A stretch of 64,000 nucleotides of DNA from Octopus sinensis (Eukaryota), in assembly GCF_006345805.1 (NCBI RefSeq), contig NC_043001.1, positions 109,492,001 to 109,556,000 on the forward strand. The letters are read 5' to 3'. The stretch's first letter is position 1; each line of letters begins with the position of its first letter. The notes beneath the pieces are model-generated. The model saw only the letters and a program-made list of their open reading frames with translations. It was not told where the DNA came from and searched no databases. The position numbers and the translations under genes were made by a program. Of this stretch, positions 38,923 through 53,689 are shown in pieces.

Positions 38923-39300
38923 TGAGGCGGACGTAAAGAATGTGGACTGCACCCCCTTTCATCTTTTTCTTTCACGGAATCCCACATTTTCGAGTACGGA
39001 GATTCTGATTCTGCAAAAATAAGGCATTTTAAAATTCGAATTTCACTCCGTTCCCACCCAATTCCTCAATTTTCACTTTTTTTTGTTAAATTAAAATTTT
39101 ACGACTTACTTTCGCAAAAAAAACCCCTGAAAACTCATATTTTCTTTATGGCGGTTTTGTGTGTGAAGGAGATTGACATTTTAAAATGCCGTTTGTTTTT
39201 GCAGGATCAGAATCTCCGTACTCGAAATGGAGGATTCTGTAAAAATAAAAACAAAAAAAAATACGAAAGGGGTGTGGCCCACATTCATTAAGTCGGCCCC
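38923..39300. mobile_element. TTAA-flanked fold-back MITE (Kolobok-like termini)
   Basis: TTAA at 38919-38922 and 39301-39304; ~40-bp imperfect TIRs plus internal inverted block gagtacggagattctgattctgcaaaaa / tttttgcaggatcagaatctccgtactc; termini do not start with CCC. Confidence 0.7.
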
Positions 39301-40224
39301 TTAATGGATCCCCTTCAACGATATTTATGCATGTTGGTGCTAATATTTTAAAATCTCAAGTCGTTTGCTTGTATATACTCTCTTTACTCTTTTACTCTTT
39401 TACTTGTTTCAGTCATTTGACTGCGGCCATGCTGGAGCACCGCCTTTAGTCGAGCAAATCGAACCCTGGACTTATTCTTTGTAAGCCCAGTACTTATTCT
39501 ATCGGTCTCTTTTGCCGAACCGCTAAGTGGCGGGGACGTAAACACACCAGCACCGGTTGTCAAGCAATGCTAGGTGGACAAACACAGGCACACACACATA
39601 TACACACACACTTATATATATATACATATATACGACAGGCTTCTTTCAGTTTTCGTCTACCAAATCCACTCACAAGGCTTTGGTCGGCCCGAGGCTATAG
39701 CAGAAGAAACTTGCCCAAGATTCCACGCAGTGGGACTGAACCCGGAACCATGTGGTTGGTTAGCAAGCTACTTACCACACAGCCACTGCTGCGCCTATAA
39801 ATATTTTTCTGTTATATAATACATTAATATCTGTTCATGCAACGCAACAAGGTACGGGAATGATAAAATGTATCATATTTTGAAACTTGTGTAGGCTTAA
39901 ATTCAAAGAAAGCAACGAAACTTATTTTAAGTTTTATTTTATAGTAATTGGAAGAGGACGGCAGAATCTGAAATCGCTTGAATAAGATATTAGCATCATT
40001 AACAAAGAACATACTTCATGTAATATACAAAGTATATAATATATATATATACGTTATTATAAGGCTTCGCTTCTGTAATACTTCAGTGAAGGCAAGGCAA
40101 CTTTTACGGCTTCAACACTAAGCGTTTTCACGAATATTTTCTGTTAATTTAATACCAAATGTGGTCGCAAATAAACACACATACACACGCATACACGCAG
40201 GCACATATGCATATATATATATAT

Positions 40225-40271
<47 letters not shown>

Positions 40272-40395
40272 ACTGTTTATTGGCAACAAGAAAGTGAGGT
40301 TGGATTTCTATGATAATTATGAATTATGCGTCCATAATTTGATACGTTATTTATACTTACAACACAGTATAATAATAATAATAATAATAATAAAA

Positions 40396-40888
40396 ACTCT
40401 GAAGCAGTACCAGACAGTGGCACTCATGGCTTCTGATCTTAACTGATTGGAAGTGTCATCATGTACGTTGTTTTGTCTTGGTATAAAAGATTGGCTACAG
40501 CAAATATTCTGCTCAATACCACAGATTTGCTTGTCAGTTGTTTGACTTTAATCAGTTGAGCATGTCTCTTAGTGGCTGACGATATGTGCATCTCTGATCA
40601 CAAGCAGAAGTAGTGGGGAAGCATCATAGCCATGTGTTGAGAGGGATTTTTTGGGGTTTGAATAATTCACCTCTGGAAACATGGGTGGTTCGTCAACATC
40701 CTTAAACAACCCTTATTCAGGGAGCTTTTGAGCGGGATGGGTTACTCGACCAGAAGTAAATTCTGACTGGGCCCCACCTGCAGTGTACCCTTATCAGACG
40801 GGTAGTCACGATGGGTATACTGGGCTTCGTATATTTTACCCCAGTGTCACTTTGATGGCATGCGCCGCTCTCTCACTCACTCACTCAC
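40396..40888 (+). mobile_element. Retroposon family D copy within (TAA)n
   Basis: Reverse complement of the 10526-11023 unit with a longer 5' end and one internal deletion; (ATA)n on both sides. Confidence 0.85.
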
Positions 40889-42089
40889 TAATAATAATAA
40901 TACTAATAATAATAGTAATAATAATAATAATTGTGCAGTGAAAGTACGTGATAAAAATAAGATTACTGAATATAATAATAATAACCAGATGAAGATAAGT
41001 TAGGTCAAGTCATCAAAAGAAGGCGAATATTCCGATGTAATAGACTCTCGCGGCTGCTATTCGCGGTTGCTCTTATTTCTGTTACAGTGATCTTGAAAGT
41101 TAGGAGATTATGCTACGAACTTAGTCACGGTGAGAAAATGACCACTCCTTGCCTCTATATAAATAAGACGATGGCTTAACTGACCGAAACATCGAAGTCA
41201 CTGTCAACAATATTCTTGTTTAAGTATAAAGACATACACTCACTCACTCACTCACTCACACAGTTGCTCACACGTACACACACACAGATACACACGTGTG
41301 TGTTTGCGTGTACCTCACATTTAATTAATGCCAAACTATATTCACTCCAATTATTTCATTTTATTTACGAACATTTTTTTGATTGAATATTTTGCAACAC
41401 AGTTATCCAGGCAAAATAATATTCTTTGTTCATATTTTGTAAACAAAACATAGGAATGAATGCATATTAATTTTTGCGGCTATCTTCAAAAGTAATTTAT
41501 AGAAGTATCGCGAATGAATCTTTCATAAAGTCTTTATATTACTAATTTTCAGAATTAAATATATTTCATTCTATCAGTAACCAGTCGTTATCATTTGTTT
41601 TTCTCGAAAAACGAGAAATGCCACTTCTATTCATGATTTATTAGAACATAATTAATTAACAATAAACCTCTGAAATAGCCTAATCGTTAATTAATAGTAA
41701 CGATATAATATTGAATATGAGCGTCCTTTAAATCTGTAATTTATTTCCAAGTTTCATTTTGATTCCAAAATCTATAACTATCATTCCGGGTTCAGTCCCT
41801 TTGCGTGGCACTTTGGATAAGTGTCTTCTACTATAGCCTCAGGCCGACCAAAGCCTTGTGAATGAATTTGATGGACGGAAACTGAAAGAAGCCCGTCGTA
41901 TATATGTATATGTTTGTGTGTCTGTGTTTGTTCCCCCAAAATCGCTTGACAACCGATGGTGGTGTGTTTACATTCCCGTGTAACTTAGCGGTTCGGCAAA
42001 AGAGACTGATAGAATAAGTACTAGGGTCAATTTGCTCGATCGACTAAACGCGGTGCTCCAGCATGGCCACAGTCAACTGACTGAATCCT

Positions 42090-42128
<39 letters not shown>

Positions 42129-42144
42129 TATATACATGTATGTT

Positions 42145-42208
<64 letters not shown>

Positions 42209-43374
42209 TGCAGTGACCATCTAATTGACACACACTTCTTATCTCTTAAAAATATTATCTCCTCATCTATCCTTTCCATACAAGTGCGCATGCTCGAAAC
42301 GTCAAAGACGTCTTCCAATTTTCCTAAATGTCAACCTAATAAAACGTTTGTTTCTTTTTGCCTCGTCTTCGTGTTTTACGTTATTTTTGTACTACACACA
42401 CACACACACACATACACACGCACGCACACACTCACACGAACTCGCAAGCTGTCCGATTAAAAGAAATCTGACATTAACTACAAACGTGAACATTGAAACC
42501 TGCCAATAAATATGAATATGCATATTTCTATAATTTTGCTAAGATGGATTCTAAGATTAATAGCCTCACGTCAAAAGCCTCTGGATTTAATATATTACCG
42601 AACCTTGACATGGTAAGGCAAAGAGAAATAGGTTTGAATGCAACCAACAGAACTGAGTAACAGGTGCACAATGAAATGCGCGTTAGCGATTAGGCACTTA
42701 CCTTTTATATAAGTCGAAGAAAGATTTCAGTTATTGATCACTTATAAAAATCATTTTTACCAGCCTTTCTTTCTACTGCTGTAAAAGTAAAGCTTTTACG
42801 AATTACGATCCAGTTATACAGAAGACATTATATGCTACTCGAAAGATATTATTTTGGAATAGGGCAAAAAATGTATTGCTATGTGAATCGCGCGTTTACT
42901 CTTACAAAGAAGAATATATCGATTTGCAATAGAGACCGCACACCTTCACAAATCCTTTCATTTATATTTTGTCATGAAAACGTGTGACGCATATTAGGAA
43001 TTTTACATACGTGGTTAGATGCGAAATACATCACGTCTTTATTTAAAATATAGGCACAATTAAGTATAACAAGAAATGCTAAGATTTTTAATATGAAAGG
43101 TAATCATATGAAAAATTTCATATACGCTGCAACTTCAGAATCTACATACAACACGCATGCACGCGCGCTCACACACGCATGCACGCACACACACACACAC
43201 ACACACACAGACTCACTTACGAACGCGTACTTATGCGAGTTACGTCTGTAACGATGTGCAGAAACAATTATAGTGATTTAAAATATGAACTGAAATAAAA
43301 GATGACCTTCAATCAGTTTTCTGCTTTTCATCAATGTATATATATATATATGTAAACATGCGGGTATATGCATG

Positions 43375-43414
<40 letters not shown>

Positions 43415-44167
43415 TTATTTATATTATTATATGATTGAACGCCACACATCTATTTCCAAGTAAGATTATCATAATAATTTTGATGCGATTGAACCCTGTA
43501 CTGTTCTGTCTCCCTTCTTTTCTTTAATTCTTTCTGTCTGTCTCTCTTCTTTTCGCGCTCTTCCTCCTTTAATCTCTCTCTCATTGCTCATACGTGACCG
43601 TCGTCCATCTTTCTTTTCTTCACGTGATCATCTTTCTTTTCCTTCAGTCTGTCGCACAAACCAGACGCATTCTTATCTGTCTTCTTTATCTTCTCTTCTC
43701 CAAGTCTATTCCTCCAGCGTTCGCTAACTTACCTTGTCTGGCCTAACGGCCTTCCATGTTTGTTTTCATTTGGTTTGTTGTATGTATCCACTCTCCTGAT
43801 TTTGTTACCAACTTTGACCCTCCGCAAATCCCAAATTTATTTAGGTTCGCGGCAGCAACTAATTTTCGAAACCTTATATTGTCGTTAATTGCTCGAAACG
43901 TGGAGCAGACAACTGATGAAGGGCCATTCTTTATGTTACTTGTCTTGTTTTCCATTTCTTTCCCTCGTTGTTCGCATGCCCAAGTTTGCCTTCGTATTTC
44001 ACGTTCTGTTCGTGTAATTCATAATATTTTGGGATTTCATATTATTTACGTTGTGTGACGTCCTGTACCCATGTATGCATATATATATATATATGGCCTT
44101 AATGATAAGAACATAGCGGATCTACTTCTACCATAAGGGTTGTCCACATAGTGGTCATCCTTCTCAT

Positions 44168-44239
<72 letters not shown>

Positions 44240-44272
44240 TATACAAATATATATATACATATATATATACAA

Positions 44273-46420
44273 AGAGCAGGATGCCAACTATGCTGTGTAG
44301 AACTCCTTAACATCTTGAAATTCAAAGACAAACACAATCTTATTAACAAAAGGTCAGAGTTCAAACCATCCTGTATACATAAACTTATTAATACTTTCAA
44401 ATACTACAATGCTTAGGTCTTATACCAACTCCCCATGTAATTTCCTCCCACCCGGTGCAACCTGTCGGCTCCAGCACATCCCGCTTTCCTATATGTGCGT
44501 GTTATGTGTATGTGTGTGTGTGTGCGTATGTATGTGCACATACGTGTACGTATGTGTACATATACATATATATGTACATGTGCTGTGTGTGTGTGTGTGG
44601 GTGTGTGTACGTGCATATAGGGTTCCTGCATTTTCCCCTATATATACAAATTTTGTCTCCCATATATGACTTCTTTTCCCTAAATATTTCTCTCCTACAC
44701 CATATCCTCCCTATGTAGTCTCTTTAATCCCCTATATCTATACCCTTTCACATTTCTAACTCAGATGTTGAACGCACACCGCCAAACTCCACTTCTCACC
44801 CTTCCAATTTTCAGTTCCCCCCCCCCCGCCCTACGTTTAACACACACCTCTAACTTTCAACCACCTTCATCTCATGTTAAACTTTACAAAATTATATTTT
44901 TATCTTATTTTATTTTATTTTATTTTTACTTTTATTTTTACTCTTATCCTACTTCCATTTATTTATTTTTATTTTTATTTTATTTTTACTTTTATTCTAC
45001 TTCCATTTATTCTCATTTTCATTTTCATCCCTTACCTTAACTCTTATAATTTTTATAATTCTTATACTTCATTTCTAACTATTACATTGTATTTCTTATT
45101 TTATACTGTATTTGGTATTTTTTATTTCTAATCTTTACCCTTACCCTCATTCTTACCCCTAACTTATCGCTTTACACCTCTATATACGTTTATTTACTTA
45201 CCTATGGATCCACCTTTTGAATATACGAGCGTCCGCGTACGTGTGTATACGCATACATACATGTGCACGCGCATATATGTACATGCATACTTCGATATCT
45301 TATAGCTATACCCATGTGCGCGTGTGTCTCTGTGTGTGTATATGAGTGTATATGTGCACGCACATACGGACACACAGCCGTGTGTGCGTGCGCGTATTGA
45401 CATGAGTACGGGATTCTTTACATACGTTCTTATACACATCCTTTAATATCTTATACCTGGACCTAGAGGCGTGGGCATATACGTGTGTGTATGTAGTGAT
45501 GGGCGCGCGTATATACATGTGCGTGTACGCGCGTAATACCCGTGTATATATGCGGATATTCTGTTGTATGTATGTGTGTGTACGCGCGTGCGTGTGGGTG
45601 CGTGTGTGTTATGTACGTGTTTACACGCGAGTGCGTGTGTATGCTTATAGGCTTGGAGGCGTATATGTACGCGTGTATGTGGGTGTATATATCCATGATA
45701 TGATGATATGTATGTACTAGAAGTCCATTTAATTCAAGGAACCAGATTAAATGCTCATCAGCTCTGATTTACAACGCATTAAGTCCCCAGACGAAACTGT
45801 TGATGTACTGACAATTCTACAACTAAATTTTATCAATCTCTTGACCACCATGCTTGGTCCATAACCTCTATACATCCCTTATCTTTACATTCTTTTACAC
45901 TTTTATCATGTTTTTATCAGTTTTTTTACTTTTATTTCTATTTCTATTTTTACTTTATATTTCTTTTACCCCCTTTACATCTACTTACAACCCTTTATCC
46001 TCTACATTTTATATTATTCTATACTTACACTTTTTATACATTTTTTATCCCTCGTCCCGAACTCTCGCCCCTCCATCTTCACCTCTATATATGTATTTAT
46101 TTATTTACATTACCTCAACATCCAATTTTCCTCATCTACATTGAGAGAAGAAAGAAGGGGACGCTTCAACTCTATGCTGCTGCCGCATTATGTCGTACGT
46201 GAATGAGAGGATTTGCATCCCCAACCAAGAATTTTTGATGTAACACATGTCCTTGTGGAAGCTGTTGTGCGCGGCGTGAAGAAGGCCACAGACATACATT
46301 ATGCATTGTTAAAATCTGTCTAATAAAGGCCCGAAACATATGTACCGCTGAGTCCTTCGCATCATGTTTTTATTTTATTTTTTATTTTATTTTGATCAAT
46401 TTACTCCACCACCTACACAC
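44273..46420 (+). mobile_element. Penelope-like element 3' remnant (ORF C-terminus, microsatellite-rich UTR, terminal region with hammerhead)
   Basis: 44273-44416 reads GCQLCCVELLNIL...LINKRSEFKPSCIHK, the CxLC..E..I...LNKRSE...C.H motif at the end of Penelope-like ORFs; hammerhead motif at 46271-46348. Confidence 0.65.
46271..46348 (+). ncRNA. Type I hammerhead ribozyme motif (1-nt insertion in the core)
   Basis: Stem I GCGG/CCGC, core C[G]TGAAGA, stem II GGCC/GGCC, GAAA, palindromic stem III ACATATGT, GUA site. Confidence 0.6.
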
Positions 46421-46489
46421 CAAACGGTATACACAGGGCTTATAATTATCAAGTACTCACCCCGAATTTCTAAGTACAAAATATATATA

Positions 46490-46526
<37 letters not shown>

Positions 46527-46530
<4 letters not shown>

Positions 46531-47070
46531 TGGCTGCCCCCTCGTTATCGAGTATCGCCATTGCACGAAGCTTAATCAATTTTGTATCGTGCAATGCCTG
46601 TGCAAGATTTTTTTTAAGTAAGGAAAGGCTGTGCACTGAGTCAATCCCACTCACTAAACAACAGCAGCCATAATCCAAATAGAAGAACAAATCAACATCA
46701 TCGCTAACCACTGAGCCGCAGATTTTACGTCGAAGTTATCCCAGTTATCTGAGTTACCTTCTCCTAGAGGGATGTCCTAACAAAGGCTAGGAGTCCTTCA
46801 CTCCCAATGGTTTAACCGCACGATCGGGTATTCAGTCCGATTATTTCTATGTCCCCGCGCTTGATACAGCCTTAAGACATTTATTGAATGGCTATTGACT
46901 ATCAAGAGTTCCTCCGCCCTTTGACGGGTTTTGTTTTTCATCCCACAGGGTGTCCAATAGACACCATCCTCGCCAAGCAAGCTTGGTGGGGTTGCCGGTT
47001 TAGTCGCCGACGACCCGACCATGCAACAGGTTGTACTGGGTTACATGTTACCAGTAGCACTCGAAAGTAA
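46527..47070 (-). mobile_element. RTE-related non-coding element (5'-UTR-like block plus 3'-tail-like block)
   Basis: Minus strand holds ...ccctctaggagaaggtaactc (RTE 5'-UTR-like) and ends ...ctcgataacgagggggcagcc before (AT)n. Recognised from memory only. Confidence 0.4.
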
Positions 47071-47291
47071 CTTGACATATTATATATATATGCAGCACGG
47101 ATTTTTGTCAGTGAACAGGTTGCGGATTTTAGCGACGAAAATATTTTGACAAATTAAACTTAAATGTTGAAGTAAATCGAACGGCTTTTGTGTGTTTCTT
47201 AAATGGCTTATAAACACCTTCCACGCTGCAATTGTTTTCGTTTCAGCACACGATCTCAGATCAAATTACTTGCTATGCGAGTACATCTCCG

Positions 47292-47328
<37 letters not shown>

Positions 47329-47330
<2 letters not shown>

Positions 47331-47792
47331 TATGACCTTGATCACCTTGACCGACCAGTCCGTCAGGCGTCCATTTGACACCGCTGATCACAGCACGCTG
47401 TCCACTCCTCTCTGGCTCGCGCCTTTCTCATCCACGTGATCCCAATCGTCCTGCTGAAATCGTAACTCCACCGTCGTGGAGGTCTTCCGGGTGGTCTTTT
47501 CTGCTCGCGCGGGTACCACTCGACAACTACGTGCGTCCACCGATTATCGGTGAGCCGGGCGACGTGTCCCTCCCATCTATACTTGCTGCGTGTATACTCT
47601 GCGATGACATCTCTCACGCCGGACTTCTTTCAGATGATATCGCTACTTATGTGCTCTCTCAACGAGATACCAAGCATTGACCTTTCCATGGCTCTTTGAG
47701 CCGTTACCAGTCTTTGCTCTTCTCTCTTGTGGTAGCCCATGTTTCACTGCCATATAACATTGCAGGCAGAACTGCACTGTTAAGCACATCCC
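47329..47792 (-). mobile_element. 5'-truncated RTE-clade LINE 3' end
   Basis: [12 protein letters not shown]...(frameshift) [17 protein letters not shown]...(stop)...RWEGHVARL...WYPREQKRPPGRPPRRW, then a short caaggtgat/caaggtcat tail. Confidence 0.88.
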
Positions 47793-47861
<69 letters not shown>

Positions 47862-47929
47862 GTATATATATATATATTATATATATATATATATATATTG
47901 TTATATATTTGCACAACAAATATATAAAC

Positions 47930-47972
<43 letters not shown>

Positions 47973-48465
47973 CGTATTAGCGGACATGTTGCTGCAATTG
48001 TTAATTGTGTGCCATAACGATAAATGCAACGATTGCTATATATTACAACAGATATCTCTCGAAATTACATTAGTCTCGAATTGAACTGCAACATGACAAA
48101 AGCAATTAACGACCAGCATTAATTGTAAGCAATACGTTTGATATTTTATCAACTGGTGTATTTACAGTGAAAATAGCATGGAATATATTTGCTTTGTATT
48201 CTGTGTTGCAAGTAGGAATCGAATATATGCCGTCTGCAGAGCCGTGTATCCCAACAATGGAGGCATTTGTTGGAAAATACCAGAATAAATAACAGACTGA
48301 CATTTCTTGAAAGAGTTATTGGAAAGCTGGCCAACGATAAACATAGAGATGAGTATTGGTTACAATTGTTAGTTTTAATTTATGGCTATATATCCTCAAC
48401 AAAATACATATGCACACAAAACACTGTCTTCATATGTGTATATATATATATATTCATATACATGC

Positions 48466-48512
<47 letters not shown>

Positions 48513-48750
48513 TGGGGGACGCAATGGTTAGGGCATCAGACTCGCGGTTTCGATTCCCAGACAGGCCGTTGTGTGTGTTTATCGAGCGAAACCACCTAAA
48601 AGACCCACGAGGCTCCTGCAGGTGGGTGGTGGCGACCCCTGTTGTACTCTTTAGCTCCAACTGGGGGGAACACATACGCCAGAGAAACCGGGCCCATGAG
48701 CCTGGCTAGGCTTGAAAAGAGCGAATAAATAAATTAAAAAAATTACATAC

Positions 48751-48867
<117 letters not shown>

Positions 48868-51800
48868 AGTTCTTCAGTTGGATTGAATGTCTTGCGATAT
48901 TTACTGCGGATATGCGTAATATTATTTCAAATCCTGCCGAGGATTCTGTAACTTTTCGACGTCGATAAATAATAGCCTCAAATTTTGGAAAAAGTCCAGC
49001 GATCTTTTGTTGTTAGAGAATAGGAAACAGTCACTTGTATCGATCCAGAAACGTTAGAATTTAGAATCAAATTCTCCGCAAAGTGAACTCAGTCACTAAG
49101 TGAACTGTAAGCACTGATATAAGGCGGCGAGCTGGCAGAATCGCTAGCACGCCGGGCGAAATGCTTAGCGGTATTTCGTCGGCCGTCAGATTCTGAGTTC
49201 AAATTCCGCCGCGGTCGACTTTGCCTTTCATCCTTTCAGGGTCGATAAATTAAGTACCAGTTATGCACTGGAGTCGAAGTAATCGACTTAATCCCTTTGT
49301 CTGTCCTTGTTTGTCCCCTTTATGTTTAGCCCCTTGTGGGCAATAAACAAATAAGTATCATTAGCATGCCGGGATGGGGGCGGAATTATTAGGGGGATTC
49401 AGCCAGTCTTTGCGTTTTGACTCCAAATCCCACTGAGGCTCAGTTTGGTCTTTCATGCTTTTGGGATCGAAACAGTAAGTACGAGTTGAGTGCTAGGTCT
49501 AGACTTCTTCTTGGAAACTGCTATCCTTGTACTAAAATTTGAAACCGCTAATTACCGTTGAGATTTTGGAGACGGAACACACTCTGCTGCTTTCTGGTAA
49601 TTCAAGTGAGTTTCAGTCTTAGAATTTCTTCATCAGGTTTAGTCATTAAGATAATGATTAATTGCGCTCGGCGTAAGATTAAATTAAATTTATTAATTTC
49701 ACTTAAATTAATGCACACTCTTACTGAATGATTTATACAGGAAGCAGATTTAGTTACTTAGGTATTTTAACCCCAACTCTTTTAAGTGCTTGGATTTTAG
49801 CATATATTATGTTCTTATCTGCTTTAACTACACATATATGTCTGTACGTATACATATTCGTTTCTACTCTAGGCACAAGGGCGACATTTTTGGAAAGGGG
49901 TCCAGCCGATTAGATCGACCACAGTACGCAACTGGTACTTAATTTATCAACCCCGAAAGGATGAAAGGCAAAGTCGACCTCGGCGGAATTTGAACTCAGA
50001 ACGTAACGGCAAACGAAATACCTATTCCTTTACTACCCACAAGGGGCTAAACATAGAAATGGACAGAACTGATGGGATCAGTAAGGCGTTATGATTTTAC
50101 ATATAATGTGACATTAAAAATTTAAATACAATATTAAAAAAATCGAATGGAATTAACAATACAAAGACAATACAAATGATTCTCCGTAATCTTTCGCACA
50201 GTTATATGACAATCAGTTTCAACTATGGCTTTGATTCGGTCATCATCAACCTCAGTAGGTCAACCAGAACGTTGGTCAGCTTTGAGTGAAAAATCTCCAG
50301 AACGGAATTTTTAAAACAATTTCTGATACGTGTGTTCTGTTAAGTAATCAACACCATAAATTTCACATATCTCTTTGTGATCTTCAGCAGCTTTCTTGCC
50401 TTTACGGAAATAAAAAATGCATAATATGGTGAAAATGTTTTTGCACTCCATGTTAAATTTGACACTGGACTAACACGCCCAATTTGCTTCTAGTGTAAGC
50501 TAAAAGTAACGGCCATCAAACATCAAAAGGAAAATATCATAACATCAACAAAAGTCACTGAACTCGGTATTTCTTCCAGGCGTTACCCAACATTCTCATA
50601 TTTAGCTGAAATGCCGTATTTATTCCGTCTTCGCGAATCGTTTCACATTACAGTTGTTTACTTTTGTACATCCACTCTGTATCGGTTTGTTTGTTCGATC
50701 CTTAATTCTCCGCTTTCTTTTCAGCCCGATGTTTATGTGTGTGTATGTGTAAGCGTGCGTATGTTTCTTTCTGTTTGTGCTTGTCCCTCGCCAACACATG
50801 ATAACCAGTTTTGGTTTGTCTACGTCCATAGAAATCCATTCCTTCCGCAAAAGAGATCGACAAAATAAGCACCAAAATTAGAAAAAAGATAGTACTAGGG
50901 GTTTATTTGTTGGAGTAAACTCTTCTCAACACGGCAGCTGTCCAATGAATGAAACAAGTAAGAGATAAAGAACAAAACGTGACCAAAATGTTATTATTTG
51001 GAAACTAGGCCATCTACTTTATCCATGTATCTGACCAGTTCTATACAGGCAACAAGGAAACGAGCTGTAATAGCCGTAGGCATAGAAGCATTGTAAATCT
51101 TTCTCTGAAAAGAATTAAATCTGATACTTTCCTATATTTAGATCAACACAATCTCCTCCACGCCCGCTTTTAGGTATTTCGTTTAAGTTTTACGACTGTT
51201 ACTATATTTTATTTTTACGTTATGGTTTCTTTACTGTTTATTTTTGTTTTGTTTTTTTCTCATTTTTTTTTAGTATTTCTATCTCTATGAAAACTGATTG
51301 TCTTAATATTTAGTGAACAGTGAATTGACCTTTCGGTTAAGTTATACAACAATCCGTCAATACTATTTTTGTTCATCGACAGATAACTTCTCCCCGTTAC
51401 TAGCATAGTTCAAAATCCTCTTGTATTAGTTCGTCCGTCGTTGTGGACGATAACAAGGGCATCCCAAGTGAGGGGAAGATGGCGAACAGTGCGTCCGGTT
51501 GTGGCCGGTCGTTCTCATACGTGCTCAGAAGTCTGTGTCGCTGGTGGTCTGAAGGTAAGGAATTGACACTATACTTGCGCAGTTCATGTTTTCTGAGTGC
51601 TCCTTCAGCCCCGTTCTCTTCGGAGGAGGTGGAACTTCTACTGATCCATCTTCACCAGGCAGAATGATTTTATGCTTGCGTTTCACAGATGTCGGACTTG
51701 ATCTCAAAGCTCTTTAATTGTAGTGTTCAGTGTAGTGTCCCTTGTTGTCTCCGACATACCTGAAGAATCTGGGAAGGTATCAGATTTCAATTCCTTTCAT

Positions 51801-51999
51801 GGTCATATGAAGAATTCCTCGAAGCTTACTGGTATTGCAGCTCCCTCCCCTCATGCCTATGCAGTGCTGGTCGGATACATGCTTAAAATAAACGACCTGG
51901 TACAGTTCCATATTTAAGAGATGAGGAATTATGTACATTATTTACACTATTTACATTATTTATATTTGACGGATATTTGTCCTCATCTTGTTTGTTGTT

Positions 52000-52045
52000 A
52001 ACACAACGTTTCGGCTGATAGACCCTCCAGCCTTCTTCAGTTGCC
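52000..52045 (-). ncRNA. Minimal type I hammerhead motif within a short repeat (~51896-52095)
   Basis: CTGAAGA A GGCTG-loop-CAGCC GAAA CG TT GTGT; stem I partly mismatched. Confidence 0.55.
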
Positions 52046-52823
52046 TTGGGGAAATTTCGAACCTGGGTTCTCATTCCTAAGGTATTTTTCGATGTTGTTA
52101 TTCTTAGCCTAGTACTTATTCTATCGGTCTCCTTTGCAGAACGGCAAAGTTAAGGGTATGTTAACACACCAGCATCGGTTGTCAAGCGATATTGAGGGGA
52201 CAAACATAGACACACAAATATATACACACACACACACACGCACATACATACACAGGCATGCACACACACACATATATATATACGACGGGCTTCTTTCAGT
52301 TTCCGTCTACCAAATCCATTCACAAGGTTTTTGCCGGCCCGAGGCTATTGTAGAAAGCACTTGCCCAAGGTGCCACGCAGTGGAACTGAACCTGGAACCA
52401 TGTGGCTCGTAAGCAAGTAAGTACTAGGGGTTGATATGCTGGATTAAACTCTTCTCAGCCTGGCAACTGTCCAACGAATGAAACAAGTAAAACATAAAGA
52501 ACAAAACGTGACACAGCCACTCCTACACCATGTGTAAGAATTCAGCAAATGTCTAAACTCCATTATCTGTGTGTATTTATGTAAATGACCCGGAAACAAC
52601 ATACTAATTTCCCTTGATGACCATACCGCGGATTAACAAATTTGACTGATGACAGCTGGTTGAATTCGTATTACCAGGATTCTCAATATTAACACAGGAC
52701 ATACTTGTTAGCCTGATAGTTTCCTGTACAGAGAGCTTACGAAGTATTTCATCTAGATTATTAATTCATTTTATTTTGATGTGTGTGTGTATACGCGTGT
52801 GTGTGTGTGTGTGTGTGTGTGTG

Positions 52824-52857
<34 letters not shown>

Positions 52858-53689
52858 TGATTTTCGAAAAGTACATATTTGCCTAAACGCGTGGACTCTG
52901 ATCTATCACAAGAACATACTACTGTATACGTTGCGTCTAGTAATTTCTAATCCGAATTTAAATACCTTTTGACGCTGTTTATAACATTCAATGGTACTTC
53001 TTAGATTTCAAGTCGGAATGGTTTTCAATAAAGCAGCTGCACAATGTATGTCTAAATCTATTTAGATAATGTTTGTTAATATTAGTTTTTTCCGTTCAGT
53101 AATTTCTCTAAATTTAGTGTTCCTTAACATTTATATGTGATCCGCCATTGTTCTCGTAATTGCATACGGTCCTTCTCCTCTCTAATAAGATTTTCGGTCC
53201 AGTTTTATTTATTGTTATTATCTTATGCTTCCTCTTTATGGTTAAGAGATAGGCATCTCATATATCTCATCTGATATAGATCAAACATTCCTATTGTTAA
53301 AAGTTCAAGTTCATAATTGAGTCGGTGTTAGCTCGGAAATATATCTTATAGTGGGTTTGTGTGACGCAGGAGTGGCTGTGTGGTAAGTAGCTTGCTTACT
53401 AACCACATGATTGCAGGTTCAGTCCTACTGCGCGGTACATTGGAAAGTGTCTTCTTCTATAGCTTCCGGCCGACCAAAGCCTTGTGAATAAATTTAGTAG
53501 ACGGAAAAAGAAAGAAGCCCGTCGTATTATATATATATATATAATATATTATATACATACATACATACATACATACATACATACATGCATACATACATAC
53601 TACATACATACATACATACATACATATTTATATATATATATAATAATATTATATATAATATAATATATATATATATCTAATATAGGATA

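Noticed and set aside
48106-48370. Protein-like short frames on both strands
   Set aside because: No identifiable domain or consistent acceptor/donor pair.
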